Assembly: GCA_038087875.1 (NCBI GenBank)
Contig: CM075986.1
Span: 16,864,001 to 16,928,000, forward strand
Direction: 5' to 3'
Length of the DNA stretch: 64,000 nt
Source of the DNA: Malacoraja senta
Lineage: Eukaryota
The translations under genes were made by a program, and so were the position numbers. How positions within the stretch are numbered: position 1 is the first letter of the stretch; each line of letters opens with the position of its first letter. The notes below the pieces were generated by a model. That model made no database searches, had not been told where the DNA came from, and saw only the letters and a program-made list of their open reading frames with translations. Below are positions 1-14,450 of the stretch, piece by piece.

Positions 1-537
1 ATGATGGATTGGAATCCCATTCTCCATGCATGCTCTCTGCAGCTCTTAGATCTAATGGGAAAAGTGGAAAACCAACTGGAAATGTGAATCAATTTGGGTG
101 TATTGTGGGTAAATTGTGGATTTTTATTTTCTCTTTGATTAGCCCTGGCAATTGCTCTTATCCTTGTGATTTTTCGTCTAACACTCAGTTGAAAAAATCA
201 AGTAATCTAATGTTAACTGCACAAGCTGGCAGTCCATTCCAGAGGTTCTGTCTGGTAAAAGAACTACCTACTGGCATCCTGCTAACTACGACTTTGAACT
301 GTTTAAAATTATGAGCCGCCTGCCCACCACCACTCTTCCAATGTGATCCTCCTTGAGTACAGTCATATAGCTTCTGTGGCTTGCAAACATTTTTCATATA
401 ATAATTGTACTGATGCATCGATACCATGGAATGCTTTCTACAGTGAATTAATTAATGACTTTCCTCTGCATTCTTAGCAGAGGATCAATATCCAATTATC
501 GATTGCTTCATGCAGCATCCTATCTATTTTGGTGTAC

Positions 538-1130
538 CTATATATAAGAAATGGTGGTAGGAGTACACTATTTTATCCTTTTTGATTCTGCTCTACCATT
601 CATCAAGATCCTGGTCAATTATCTACCTTGACCCCACCCTCATTATTCATTCCTTTTTATTAAATTACATCTAGACATCTCTCTTTTGAATGGCTGATCT
701 TCCATAGTTCCCTTGGATAGAGCATTCTGATAATGTCACCCTCTGCGAGAAGAGTTTCTCCTTTTTCAGTCCTAAATTGTTCAGCCCTCAAGTCCTGGTA
801 CTAAGACCATTAACCCTGGCTCTAAACTCTTCATCCAAGGAAAACTTTCTCTTTAAACTTTAAACTCGTTAAACTTTATCATCCAGATCGTTAATATAAA
901 TGACAAAGAACAGTGGACCCAGCATCAGTTCCTGTGGCACACCATTGGGAACCTCCAATCTGAATAATGGCCTTGAACCACCACCCTCTGATTCCTTCCA
1001 CAAAGCCAATTTTGTATCCTATTGGCTGACTTTCTCTGGGTCACGAGTGATCTGATCTTCCAGACTAGTCTATCATATGGGACCATTTCAAAGGTCTTGC
1101 AAAATCTACATAGATAATGTCTAATGCTTT
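538..1130 (-). mobile_element. Degenerate CR1 fragments
   Basis: VPYDRLVWKIRS...IQNWLCGRNQRVVV RT remnant plus CR1-type tail. Confidence 0.7.
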
Positions 1131-2888
1131 GCCCTTTAATAATTTGTTTTAAACTTTGTGCCCAAATGTTGATAACATTTCTACATGACAATGAATCTGC
1201 CATGTTCTTGTCCACTCACTTGGCTTGTCTACATCCTTCTGAAAGTTTTTTGACATCCTCTTCCCTATTCACAATCTTTTCTTGTCAACAAACTTGGAAA
1301 TATGACGTTTGGTCACTCGGTCATTAAGTTGATATTGAGATGCTGGGTCCTTGCTTCAATCCCTGTAATACCACAGTCATCACATCTTTCAAACTTGGGA
1401 AGGATCAATGTATTCCTACTTTTTTTTGTTTGATAGCCAGTTCTCTATCCGAATCTGTATATCACCCTGGTTACTTGTTGACCAATCTCCATTGTGGAAC
1501 TTTATTGAAAGCCATCTATCAGTACAAATATACCATAGCTAGTGACTTAATTGAATCATACATCACACAAACTGTCCCTTTGGCCCACTGCCATGTTCAA
1601 GCCTAGCATCAAGTCCTTATCTCTGCTAAACCCATGTAATTTCACTTTCACTGGTTACCCCTTATCTATTTGATGACTTGCATCCTCAAAGAACTCTAGT
1701 ATGTTTATTGGTCAAATGTGACCATAATTTATGTGATCATAAATCCATGTTGAAACTGCTCAATCCCATTATTTTTTTTCAAGGTGTTCTGTTATTGCAT
1801 CCTTTACGAGATATGTGAGCACCTTATTTGCTTTTAGAAGTATTGTAGAAGAATGCGTATTTCTTTATCTTTATGCCTCTGCTTTCATATTTTTCCCAAA
1901 GGCATGCATGTTGCTATGTTACTTGGCCACAGTAAAATGCTCCGAGTATGTAGATCAATGGTACAATTGACGGGAATATGGGGAGAATAGATAGATTACA
2001 AGAAAAAATAGTGGAGGAATGTGCTTTCTCCATAAACTGGCTAGACTGAATGGGCAGAATGACATGTCCTAAGGAAATTTGGAAAACTAACGTGCCTATA
2101 ATTGACATCAAAGTATCATTATATAGTTAGCCTGGTTATGCATGCCTCGCTTTGAAACACAGACCATATTCAATATTTCAAGTCTCTCGGAACCTTTCAG
2201 CGAATGTATGGGTTGAGTAAAAATATGGGCAGTCTGCTGTCTTTAGGTTTATTGGCCTCCGATTGTTTTTCAAACCTTTGGATACCTGTCCAGTAATTTT
2301 ATCCATTGTGCCAGTGTTTCATGTTAGCTATTCTATATAAAAAAGCATTACTGCATCATAAAGGAATGTTAATTTGATATGAATACTGTCAGCTTTATTA
2401 ATGTGATCGTTAAATTCCGTTGGTTGAAAGAATTTTGTTTCGAATTGAACTGTAATGTGATTTTGGTGGCATTTGATAATGTTACTTGTCCCACCATCGA
2501 GATGTTTGACTTTGAAAGACATTTAAAAAAAAACATGAAAATTGAGGACAATTTTCCTTTTGAAAAACATTTCTGAGTACCATAACAATCTGCAGGTCAT
2601 AAATTTCAATTTCCATTCAGTCAATGAAATGTAATGTTGCCTAGTCCATCAGAATGTTGATCAATGCCCTTCCTCAAAGAATGGACAGTACATTTAATAT
2701 TGTCTGCTTCACCCACCTCATGAGAATGTTAAAAAAATGGAGTCCCTGATAGTTTACCTGCTTAAATTCACAGGCCATAGCAGTGATTTTCAATGGTGTT
2801 CACAGCAGATAGATAGATATTATATTGTAATTGGCTCTCAGAAAATGTGCATTATGCGTTTTTTGACTGTTTTCATTTTATCCTGCAG

Positions 2889-3036
2889 TTTGTTCCGAAG
2901 AGGCTCTTTTTCTCTTAGCAACCTGTTACTACCGCTCAGGGAAAGCATACAAAGCCTACCGGCTTTTGAAAACTCATAGTTGCACTACTCCACAGTGCAA
3001 ATATCTTCTTGCCAGATGTTGTATGGATGTCGGCAA
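2889..3036 (+). CDS. CDC27: CDC27 (APC3) coding exon, human exon 3 equivalent
   Basis: ctgcag| acceptor, aa|gtaagt donor, 148 bp; encodes CSEEALFLLATCYYRSGKAYKAYRLLKTHSCTTPQCKYLLARCC, matching the N-terminal TPR region. Confidence 0.96.
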
Positions 3037-3264
3037 GTAAGTAAAAATAAATGAAAGTTTTATTCTCATAAGGAAGCAATGAGTGTACAGCCCTAAATTT
3101 TTGTGGATGAAAATGCTAACATTGCATCTTATCTGTTTAGTTTTGTTCAAGGATTTATGTGATATGTTGAGGATGACTGATTTTCTAAATCAGTTTGATT
3201 CCCTTATGGCGTCGAGAATAATATCCTGGTGGCTTGTCTGGAAATTGGGTATTGACAAGGAAAA

Positions 3265-3935
3265 TGTCATACAGCGTGGAAACAGGCCATTTGACCCAAC
3301 CTGTCCGCACCGACCAACATGTCTCATCTGCACTTGTCTCACCTGCCTGTGTTTGGCCCATATCCATGTACTTGCCTGTGTTTGGCCCATATCCATGTAC
3401 CTGTCTGAATGTTTCTTAAACGTTGCGATAGTACCGGCAGCTTGTTTCATACACCCACTGCCCATTGTATAAACAAAAAGAATTACCACTCGGGTTCCTA
3501 TTAAATCTTTTTTTTTTCCCCTCACCTTAAATCTATGTCCTTTGGTACTCGATTCCCCCACCCTGGGCAAAGACTCTGTGCATTTACCCGATCTATTCCT
3601 GTCATGTTTTTGTACACTTCTGAAAGATAACCCCTCATCCTTCTGTGCTCTAAGGAATAAGATCCTAGCCTGCTCAACCTCTCTTTATAGTTCAGGCCCT
3701 TAAACCCTGAGAACATCCTCGTAAACCTTCTCAGCACCCTTTCAAACTTGACAACATCTTTTCTATAAACGTGGTGACCAAAACTGAACACAGTGCTCTA
3801 AATGTGGCCTCACCAATGTTTTGTATAACTGTAACATGACCTCTCAATTTATATAATCAATACTCTAACTGATGAAGGCCAATGTGCCGAAAGCCTTTTT
3901 GACCATCCTATCGGCCTTTGATGCCACTTTCAAGG
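3265..3935 (-). mobile_element. CR1 3' end, with an internal 28-bp tandem duplication near 3343-3399
   Basis: YRKDVVKFERVLRRFTRM...YKERLSRLG...RMRGYLSEVYK; a similar copy lies at about 4265-4760. Confidence 0.85.
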
Positions 3936-4993
3936 AATTGCACCATCAGATGGAATGTGTGAGCATAAAGGACTGGTTTTTTTTTTTTTAAATGTGTTGT
4001 CCTATGTTTCTCAACAGTGCAGAAATATCACGGATTAGTTTTGTTAGATTGCCTAATGGAGAGAATCAGACTTTAATATGCTGTTCTTTGACTCGCTGCA
4101 TTGATTTTTTTTCTTCTCTCAATGTGAATTTTGAAGTTAACCTGGAATTTCTTATCTTATAAACTTTAATTGGTTTATTATTGGAGATGGCTATTCTACT
4201 AGTTATGGGACAATTCCCAAATCTGGAACATAATTATTCCATGCCCCAAATGACTATTTAAGTATAGAGCCATACAGCATGAAACAGGCCCTTTGGCCCA
4301 ACTTGCCCATGCCAAGCAAGATGCCCCATCTACATTAGTCCCACCTGCCTGCGTTTGGCCCATATCACTCTAAACCTTTTCTATCCATGTATCTGTACAA
4401 ATGTTGTTTAAATGTTGCTATAGTACTTGCCTCAACTACCGTCCCATATACCCATCATCCTCTGTGTGGAAAAAGTTGCCTCTCAGGTTCCTATTAAATC
4501 TTTTCCCTCTCAATGTTAACTTGCGTCCCCGTCTTCCACATCCTCATTCAAATTGTTGATATAAACCACAAACAATAGGGCCCAGTACGCATCCCTGAGG
4601 CACACCACTAGTTACAGTACCCCAGTATGGAAAAACAACTTTCCAACATCACCTTCCTTCCATGAAGCCGATTCTCTATCCAGCTAGCTAGTTCTCCCTG
4701 GATCCCATGCATCTAACCTTCCAGGCAGCCGAGCATGTGAAACCTTATCAAATGCCTTGCGGAAGTTAGGTAAGTATCTTGGAAAGTTGCGCATGCCTTT
4801 TTTTAATGAGGTTTGGTCTGATCTGTTATTTAACTTTAACGTAATGTGCCATTGTGCTGTGGTTGAATTATCCAGTCAGGTGGTGTCCTCATTAATTTTA
4901 TTTGTTTGTGAGACAGGCTATCATGTTAGAGGTAATTGTTCTGCTAATTTAGATTAGACATGCTTTCGTGGTGGAACCAAACATCTAGACTTG

Positions 4994-5105
4994 AAGGTAG
5001 ACACAAAATGCTGGAGTAACTCAACGGGACAGGCAGCATCTCTGGAGAGAATGAATGGGTGACGTTTCGGGTCTGAAGAAGGGTCTTGACCTGAAATGTT
5101 TCCTA
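4994..5105. mobile_element. Penelope-derived short repeat with internal inversion
   Basis: gtagacacaaaatgctggagtaactc...gacgtttcggg followed by inverted ctgaagaagggtcttgacctgaaa; same family at about 9832-9981, 15607-15731, 23845-24240, 28750-28865, 29800-30062, 30730-30860, 32555-32730, 33788-33906, 35870-35990, 51206-51800. Confidence 0.75.
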
Positions 5106-5326
5106 CACATCAAAGGACTTGATCTCACCATGTAAATTGATTGCTAATTATCAATAGAATTATTTTTGATTTACATTGTCCATTTGGATAGTCACTGTTG
5201 GTCAGGCAATGATGAAATTTGTAGAAAGAGGAAAAGGAAATATTTTATTTTTAAATACAGCATTTTAAACTCTGGGCCAAGGAAACTTGTGTCCCATAAA
5301 ATAATTATTGCTTCTTATTTCCCTAG

Positions 5327-5452
5327 ACTCGCCGAGGGAGAACAGATTTTAGCTGGTGGAATACTGAACAAACAGAAAAGCCACGATGATATTGTTACAG
5401 AGTTTGGTGATTCGGCCTGTTTTACATTGTCTTTATTAGGACATATATACTG
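5327..5452 (+). CDS. CDC27: CDC27 exon 4 equivalent
   Basis: ccctag| ... tg|gtaag, 126 bp; LAEGEQILAGGILNKQKSHDDIVTEFGDSACFTLSLLGHIY. Confidence 0.97.
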
Positions 5453-7494
5453 GTAAGACCTTGTGAATTGAACTGTAAACATTGATTAGTTTTGAGCCAG
5501 GAATCTGGAAACTAATTAAAGAATTTGACGATTCCATGAAAGGGATATAATTTAGCTTGACTGTGATTGCCAGATATTTTGTATTGATAAGAGTACTATC
5601 AAATTGGTGTATTGTGGTGTAACACTAAGTTTATTGCACCATTACCCAAAGTTTTGAAACATTGACTTAAATAACCAAGTTCAAATTCTACCATTCACAG
5701 CTGGGAAATTTAAATCCAATCAATTATATAAATTTTGAATTCAAAACATGATAGATTTGTAGAGATGCAAGACACTGCAGGTGCTGAAATCCTAAGCAAA
5801 AGATGCGCTGCTAGAGGTATCAGTGGGTCAAGCAGCATATATGGAGGCAGATAGATAGCTGATGTTTCGAGTCAAGACCTTGCATCAGGTCATTGGGATA
5901 TATTTTTGGTAATTTAAGGAATATAGGAATTGTGCTGAGGTAACAGGTTAGCCACAGTCATATGACTTGGCAGGAGGTTGAATGGCCCGCTCCTATTTCT
6001 TTCTTTCTTGTGCTCTTAATAAAATATTCAATCTCACTTGTTATTTAATTCGCTAATATTTTAACTTCACTTCTTTTAATAGTTAACGGTAACAGATATT
6101 GGTAAATATTACAGAGTGTTCCTTGAAAAATGGGCTAATTGCAGTGCAGCTGGGATTTAATTACCGTAATAGGGATAAATGTCTATTCCATCCCCGAGGA
6201 TTTTGATGGTGTGGGCTTCGATATTCAATTTCAAATCTTAGTTTGCCTTGGTGATGGTAGTCACGCTTTGGAGAACAATCAAATTTAAACAAGTAGAAAA
6301 GAGTACACCTTGGCTGACTATTGAGGGAGAGGGATGTTTTGATTGATGATTTATTGTAAACTGCTTGTTAAAGCTTCTAATGAGATTTGAGACTCCTTGG
6401 TTTTGAAGGGGCGGTACCTGTGAAACTGATAAATACTATTCCCTCGGCCATAAAACAGAATTATTAATTGGCCAAATGCAGTGTTGGATTGAGTGGAGCC
6501 TATAGAATAGAGAGGGCACCTGAATTTGAGATGTATTTGAATAATTGTTATTTATAGTGTTTGAAATAAGAATTTGGCCTTCCAGTTTTGGCTTCACGTG
6601 GTTCAAGAGTCATGTAAATGAGGTGAATTCCTGGAAAAGGATGACAACATTGTCATTCATGGCAAACTAAATTTCCAGTCCTTACACAAAATTACTTTGC
6701 CTTGCACAACTTTTGTGTATGTATTTATCTTAGTTTTTTCTGCTCAACTCCCATTAACATTTTTTTTTAAATTTAGAATCCTGTATCTTACACAAATATG
6801 ATCAGAGACTTGTAAATTTGAGCAGATAAAGATATTAAAATGGACTATAGAAACAAACTAATAAGCATTACTATGAGGAGGCAGAGAAAACTATGAGGTT
6901 GCAGAATACAAGCACCTTGGTGCAATGGGGCTAGGGAATGGATTCCAGGTGTATGCAACCTTGAACGTGAGAATTGATTTGTAAGCCCAAAAATGCACAC
7001 CTGTTAGGTTAAAGCACCACAAGAATGAATTCCATATGTAGAATCTGAGGAGGAGTAAATTATAGGAAAATAATTAAATGGGCAGTTATAAGTAGCAGTT
7101 TGGGAATCTTATTGCATCAATCAAAGTTGGTTAACAAATGACATCTGGCTCTGCTGTTTTGATTTTTTTCCCCTCTCTCACTGATAATGGGAAGCCCTAA
7201 AATGTTAACTATCTTGTGGCATGGTGTTGGTTTCAATCCACATTTGCTGAATGTGCTGATCCCTTCACTGCTGTTACTCCATCTCGCTGCTCCCCCTATG
7301 CAAAAATTAGCCTTGGTTCAAGTGGGTTATGGTTGGAAAAATCTACCTAGATTATTGCAACTGGTCGCATTTCAGTAATGGTTGAATTTAATTGTGATTA
7401 ATTCAGCAAAATTGAGTTAAAATATGTGAGCTTGGCTATCATTTGCTACGCTCAGATGTTGTGTTCGCATAATTGTAAATATTTGTTCTTACAG

Positions 7495-7592
7495 TAAAAC
7501 AGATCGAATGGCAAAAGGAGCAGACTGTTACCAAAAAAGCCTTGGTCTAAATCCCTTTCTTTGGACCCCTTTTGAATCCTTATGTGAAATAG
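7495..7592 (+). CDS. CDC27: CDC27 exon 5 equivalent
   Basis: ttacag| ... g|gtatgt, 98 bp; KTDRMAKGADCYQKSLGLNPFLWTPFESLCEI. Confidence 0.96.
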
Positions 7593-7677
7593 GTATGTGT
7601 ATAACATGTTGTTCTTTTTTCCAATTTAAACAAAAATCTGTTGAAACTGAATACTGTCTCCATCTCTCCCTTTTTAG

Positions 7678-7832
7678 GTGAAAGGCCAGATCCTGAACAA
7701 ACATTTAAATTAACATCTCTCCAGAATTTTAGTAGTTATCAGCCAAGTTTATGTTTGCCATTAGTTTTGAATCATGGTGTGCAACATAGGCAATCTGACA
7801 CTGTCCTGATGGAAACGCCACAAGACACTATC
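7678..7832 (+). CDS. CDC27: CDC27 exon 6 equivalent
   Basis: tttag| ... atc|gtgagt, 155 bp, after an 85-bp intron; GERPDPEQTFKLTSLQNFS...METPQDTI. Confidence 0.96.
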
Positions 7833-8422
7833 GTGAGTTTGATTTCATTCTTTCTTCCAAACAGCTGCAACTTCATCACTAAAGCTTGTCTGTCCTATTT
7901 CAAATCTTTGACGTTCCTCTGAACGCATGTTAACAAGTCAGTGGCACATTTTAAATTAGCACTTTTAAATTCTACTCTGGTCCTAAATACCTTGCAATTT
8001 AGAAGGCCTGATTTGATAATTGGCTCACCAGTTAAACTTTAAAGACATTTTGATACACTTCATGGAGAACTATTAATGCTTTGATGCTTAAACATAAGCT
8101 TTATTTTTAAAAGACCAGACAAAATACACATTTGCCTGATGAGAAGCAGAGTGTTGTAGAAGCATCTCAGATTTGATGTTTAGGTCATTAAAAGTGTAGC
8201 ATTCTATTCCTGAATCCACGACTGAAAGTAAGTTTCTCAGAGACCACTCTTTGTTGAACAGTTCCATAGCTTTCAGTAAAGGCTATGAAGTCTATGTTGC
8301 AACCCCAGGAAGCACAGTAGTGCAGCTGTTTCATTGTAGCTCAGTTTTGATCTATGGCACTGTCTGTGTAGTGATTGGTACTCGCTTCTGTTGTGATTAA
8401 GTATTTTGAGAAGTTGGTAATT

Positions 8423-8562
8423 TCAGTGGCACAGTTTGTAGAGCTGGTGCCTCACAGGGCCCGAGACCCGGATTCAATCGTGTATGTGGACGTTGCACAT
8501 TCTCCCCATGACTCTGTGGGTTTCTTCTGGATGCTCCGGTTTTCCCCCACATCGCAAAGACA
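8423..8562 (+). mobile_element. tRNA-derived SINE (HE1/V-SINE-like)
   Basis: A-box-like gtggcacagtttg and B-box-like ggattcaatc, then V-domain-like tttgcacattctccc...tccggtttcc...cacatc...aaagac; other copies at about 10020-10310 (-), 21950-22170 (-), 42845-43120 (-), 57540-57780, 63075-64000. Confidence 0.7.
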
Positions 8563-11500
8563 ATGGCTGAGGGACCATGTACCACTCTTCATCTGTGGAA
8601 AAGTGGTAGAGAGAGTAAATAGCTTCAAATTCCTGATGCAAATGCAAAGACAGCTCGCCAACATCAGAAGTTTGAGGAGTTTTGGCCAGAGGAGAGCATA
8701 CTAACTGGTGGCATCATGGCACCATGTTCGGCATGGTTCATTAATTTGAAAACTTAAGAACGATGGAGGCTGCAGAAAGTGGTGACTGCCATTTCAGTGG
8801 TGGGGAAAGTATTGCATCGAAGACCCACACCACCTTGGCCATGCTCTTAGCTTGCTGCCACTGACAGCAAGAAGGTACAGGAATATAAGAAATATTATTT
8901 CCGGGTTCATCAGGCTCGTGAATCACCCTGCACAATCCAAACCACAATACTCCGTTGGTACCAAACTACTATGCATTTATCATGAATAAGATTGCACTAC
9001 GTAATTTGCGTACTTTGCCTGGCAGTATCTGATGTCTAGAATGACAGAAAATGTATCGTTTATTGTATATTTGTCTTGTGTTAATGCGCTTGTAAAGCTA
9101 CAGCAAATAAAAATTTCATTTTTCTGATCGTGGTGCAAGTAAAAATTAAACACTCTTGACCTTTACTATTAAATCTACAATTATCTACAAATGGTCTCCC
9201 TGTGGCAGCATAGGTTTCCTTTAAGTGATTTAGTTTCCCCTCGCATACTGAAGATGCGTGGATGGTAGGTTAATTGGCTTTTGTAAATTGTCCCGAGTGT
9301 AGGTGGGTGGTAGAATTGATGGAAAGATGGGGGGAAAAGGCTACGGGGATAATTAATAGTGATGGGATTGCTCCGTCAATGGGCCAAAGATTCTGCCTCC
9401 TATGTCATAGGGAAATATTAAAGCTCTCCTGATGTTAATGATATTACTTCAAACAACCAAGCAGTGAGTCTCATAGATACATAGACAATAGGTGCAGGAG
9501 TAGGCCCTTCGAGCCAGCAATGTAATCATGGCTGATCATCCACAATCTGTACCCCGTTCCTGTCTTCTCCCCATACCTCTTGATTCTGCTAGCCCTAAGA
9601 CCTCTATCTATCTATCTTTTGAATGCATCCAATGAATCGGCCTCCAGTGCCTTCTGAGGCAGAGAATTCTACAAATTCACAACTTTCTGTGTGAAATAGT
9701 TTTTCCTCATCACAGTTCTAAATGGCTTACCCCTTATTCTTAAACTGTGACCCCTGGTTCTGGACTCCCCCAACATCGGGAACATGTTTCCTGCATCTAG
9801 CATGTCTCCTAGACTGAACTAATGTACTAAAGTGTAGGAATGAGCTGCAGATGCTGGTTTAAATCGAAGGAAGACACAAAATGTTGGAGTAACTCGGGAT
9901 GACGGGCCGCATCTCTGGATCCATTCCTTCTCTCCAGAGATGCTGTCCCGCTGAGTTACTCCAGCATTTTGTGTCTACCTTTAATATTAAAATATTTGAA
10001 TGAATTGATTGTTTGAAGGGTACATCATAGAAACAAGCTGTTCAGCCCATCAAGTCCATGCTGACCATCGATCACCTGTTCGAAGCTGTTCTAAGTTACC
10101 CCAGTTTTACATCCACGCTAGGGGCAATTTATATAGCCCAATTAACCTACAAACTTGCATGCCTTTGGAATGTGGGAGGAAGCCGAAGTATCCAGAGGAA
10201 TTATAGTGTTCACCGTGAACGTGTAAACTCCACACAGACGGCACTCGAATGTCAGGATTTAACCTTAGTCTCTGGTGTTGAGGCAGCAGGTCTATCAGCT
10301 GTGCCGCTAAACTGATATTTATTTTACTAAAAACATGATAGATTCCAAAGACAGTCATGTTACATGCAGCAATGTTCTTGGATCTAAGTTAGAACATTGT
10401 GGTTTCAAGTAAAATTCCAGAGACTTTGGCACATGTTGGAGACAGATGCTTCATTGTGGTATTCATTTGTGCTGGACTTGTTTGCAATGAGATGTTTAAA
10501 CATATCTCTGAAAGTGATTGTGGAACATTTTGAAGAATGCATTTAAGCCAAGTTTCCAGATTAAACATTATCACAGAGTCAAAGGCAAAACAAAAAAATC
10601 ACGTTTCCATCTGCAATTTTCGAAGTTACATTAAAAATTGCAGTTGTTAAATGAAATGTTTAAATATTGGGAATGAAGGAAAGTTTGATTAGTACAGAAA
10701 ATTGGTTCTGGAGTATCACTATCATAATGGTGCCATGAGAGCTTAAAGACTAACACCTGTTGTATATACTTAAATTGTGATTAGTGTTTCAGTGAGATTC
10801 GACATGATCATCTTGATTTGTATTATATTCTGGCTACAGTAAACTGAATGCTATAGCTACTGAAGCCTCAAGGAGTACTTTCTCTGTTATCAGGCTTCTG
10901 AACGGCCCTACCATACGTCAGGGTACTGCTCCATTCACCTCTACCCTATTGATAACACTAGACTTTGTCTATGGAACTGAGGTGCTATAATGGCGCAAAC
11001 TATATTCTGTACTCTAACTTCCCCTTTGCTCTATCTATTGTACTTGAGTTTGACTTGATTGCATTTATGCATGGTATATCTGATCTGTTTAGATAGCTTT
11101 TCACTGTACCTCAGTACATGTGACAAGAATGAGCCTAAACTATGCTTTTTAAAAATAGTATTCTTAATCGCTTCAGATAAGATTGCACATTACAATGGAG
11201 TGTTTCTATTCTCTATCCATAATTAGGACTGTATCCTTATTACCATTCTTTCTACAAAAATGTATCAGCTATGGGTTATTGATTGGGGACGATCAGCCAT
11301 GATCACAATGAATGGTGGTGCTGGCTCAAAGGGCTGAATGGCCTCCTCCTGCATCTATTTTCTATGTTTCTGTTCTATTCCTTCTCCATAAAATTGTGCC
11401 TGCTCATTCTATCGTGCTCTTCAATGCACATATAGCATAAAACTGCATTTCATAATGTGATTATCTTTGCTTGTTTTTGACTTGGTGAAAACATTTGATC

Positions 11501-11799
11501 CGCAAAATTAAATGTGTTCTTAACTGCCGGTAGTTTGGATGGAAGAGGAAAATGATTTGAGTACATATAAAAGTTGTTCCATGACTTGCCAAGGTCGCTA
11601 AAAATAACAGACCCAGCACTAGTGTTTATTTTTGGAGGGATAGAATTGAAGAACAGAAGTTATATCAAACCTTACTTGGAACCTGGTGTACTGTAGAAAT
11701 CAATGTATTCTGAGTGGGATGTTGAGACACTGAGGGATAAAGACAAGCTTTGCAACAGGAGGCCAGATATAAAACGTTTTTTATGATTTATTTTTCAGG

Positions 11800-13300
11800 A
11801 CTGGCTCATTGCGCACTGTTTATTGCCCAATCCCAGTTCACCTTGGAAAGGTGATATTTAACTGCTGCCTTGAACACTGCAGTTTTTCTGGTGAAGTTAC
11901 TTCAATAATGGTTTTAGTTATTCAGAGATTTAGGATGGCTTTGAAGAATCAATGATATCTAATAATATCAATGATATAAGTCAAAATGGTTTGTGGCTTG
12001 GAGGGGAACCTGCAGGTGATGGTGTTACAATGTACCCAAATCTATCTTGGTAGTATGGATTGTGGGTTTGGGATATGCGATTTGAGTAACGCAGCCAAGT
12101 AACATGAGTGTATTTCGGGAATGTTTCACATTTCAGACACTGTTGGTGGAAGCAATAATTTTTAACGGTGCAGGATGGATTATCAGTTAGACAGGTTGTT
12201 TTGTCCTGGATGATGTCAAACTTCTTGAGTGTTGCTGGAACTGAGCTCTCCCAAGGAAATGAGGAGTATTCCGTTATCCTGCTGACTTGTGTTATTTAGC
12301 TTGTAGAAAGTTACTTCTCCGTGAGCTGCCTTTGTAGCACACAATATGTCTATGGCTGGTCCAGCTGAATTTCAGATCAAAGGTGTAGCTGGTGGAGTAC
12401 TCGACCTTCAACAACATAACATGGGGAATGGGTTAGCTGCTATCATGTTGGTGTTTATCCTCTATGATCACTTGCCGTTTGTTTCTTGATAGTTAACACT
12501 AATCAACTCGTAGCAGAGCATTTTCTAGTTTTGCTGCATGCAGACATGGGTTTACTTCAATTCCTGAGAAGTTGCAAATAAAATTAAATACTATACAAGC
12601 AGCAAGACTTCCTGCCTCTGACTTTGGGATCGAAGGAAAGCAATTGATGAAGCAGCTGAAGATACACAGGCCAATGACACTTTGTCAAACAACTCTGTAC
12701 CAAGGCTGTTATATTTGATGTCTCATGACTACAAATCTATTCATTTTGAGAGGTATAACTCCATCTGCTGAATTGCTAGACTGACATCCCCCTTGATCTC
12801 CTTGATGCCCATCAACTTAAATTTTGATGCTCCTTGATCCTCACTTCGTCAAATTTTGCCTTGATGTCAAGGGCAATCATTTGCACAATATTGCAATTCA
12901 ACTTACTGAGATTTAGAGCCAACTAGTCGAAATAAAACTCAAATTGGGAATTGGTGCGGTGGCTATTGGTTAGTAAATTTTAAAATTTTCGAACCTTTTA
13001 GTTGCTTTCATCATATGGATTGTGAGCAGACTGAGAGAACAGAAATAAAAGTGGACTATATTGGTCTTGATTTTTGTGAATTGGACACATCTGGACCATT
13101 TTTCACCTTGGGCAGGTGCTAGTTTAGTAACAATGCTGGAATAGCTTGCCTGGAGGTACAGCTAGTTCTGGAGCATGGGTTTTCAGTACTATAGTCTGGA
13201 CATTGTCTCTGATCTTAAACTTTGCTTTATCTGCTGCTCTGAGCTGGATGTTTGTGGATTGAATAGAATTGGTTTTAGACTGAGTTACATAACAATGGGG
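11800..13300. mobile_element. Old, heavily decayed LINE (CR1-like)
   Basis: Starts with tttattgcccaatcccagttcaccttgg, recognised from recall as a shark CR1-type repeat; no ORF left. Confidence 0.45.
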
Positions 13301-14232
13301 ATCTTGGTAAGGAGAGGGGAAACAACGTTTGACTAGAGCAAAACAATGGCATGCACTAGTTCGGCCAAATGCCTGTTTTTGTCATTTTTCCCGTTATTAG
13401 GAAAAATGGCATTAAAAACATAGTATGTAAATCTACTTGTATTTACTCCATTATTTGCTGTTTACTGTTTTTTTACCTCCTGTGGGTTTAAATAAATACT
13501 GAGAAGAGTAATACTTTGAGTGCCAGTGTCTCCTATTTTCCTGTAGCTGAGAAACAATAGTTAACAATAACTATATTCCATAATTGAAGCCAATTTTGTC
13601 CATGCTGCTATTGGCTTTTCATTCCATGGATGTCATTTTTATTTTTAGCTGACAACCTTATTATGTGGCATTTTAGCAAATGCCCTTTGCAGCAGTTCTA
13701 AGCATAATTGTCTGCTTTGTTTCCCAAATTCCATGCCTAGTTATCACGATTAAATAACCTTCCTGGATACTTGTTCCATAAAACCACTGTGCTTAGGGGG
13801 GGAAAAAGCCAAAGAGATTTGTCTAGTCTGCAAAATTCCTTCCTAAAAACTCATTTTATTGCTTGACAGATTTGTTCTGCCATTTGGAATATTGACTCGA
13901 TATATTTTCACAATTTTGCCTTTATCCCCTGCACCCTTACCGATCTTTAGGTTGCACCACTACATATGTTTTATAATGAAAACTGCTTCAACTGTTGAAC
14001 ACTTTATTCCTGTCACAAGCTAATTTCAGATTTAGTCAAATTGAGTTGGTTTAATAATATGGGTATAGATGGTTATGTTAACTATGTACTCTTATTGGTA
14101 CATTTTATTTATGAGCTAAAGCATGTAGTTTCCCCCCATCCAGTTGCAGTAGATTTACTTGCTACTCCAGAAAAGCGTGTGAGTCAAGTCTACCCCAGGA
14201 AATTTACCGATTACCTTTTTTCTTATTTGTAG

Positions 14233-14450
14233 GAATTAAACAGATTGAATCTTGAATCTTCAGCCAACTCAAAATATTCCTCAATGATGACGGATTCTTC
14301 GGTATCGTTAATTGATCCATCTGTTATTTCTCCTGATGCTCTGCCACTTGGTTCTGGAACATCAGTTTTGTCCAAACAGCAAGTAAATAAACCAAAGTCT
14401 GGAAGGAGCTTGCTTGGTGGTCCTGGAACTCTAAGTCCTCTAACACCAAG
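14233..14450 (+). CDS. CDC27: CDC27 exon 7 equivalent
   Basis: ttgtag| ... ag|gtaaaa, 218 bp; ELNRLNLESSANSKY...GRSLLGGPGTLSPLTP. Confidence 0.95.

Noticed and set aside
1-2888. CDC27 exons 1-2
   Set aside because: No sequence encoding MTVLQEPVQ or AAIWQALNHY was found; these exons must lie upstream of the window
8423-8480. tRNA gene
   Set aside because: Only A/B-box remnants running into a SINE body; no cloverleaf
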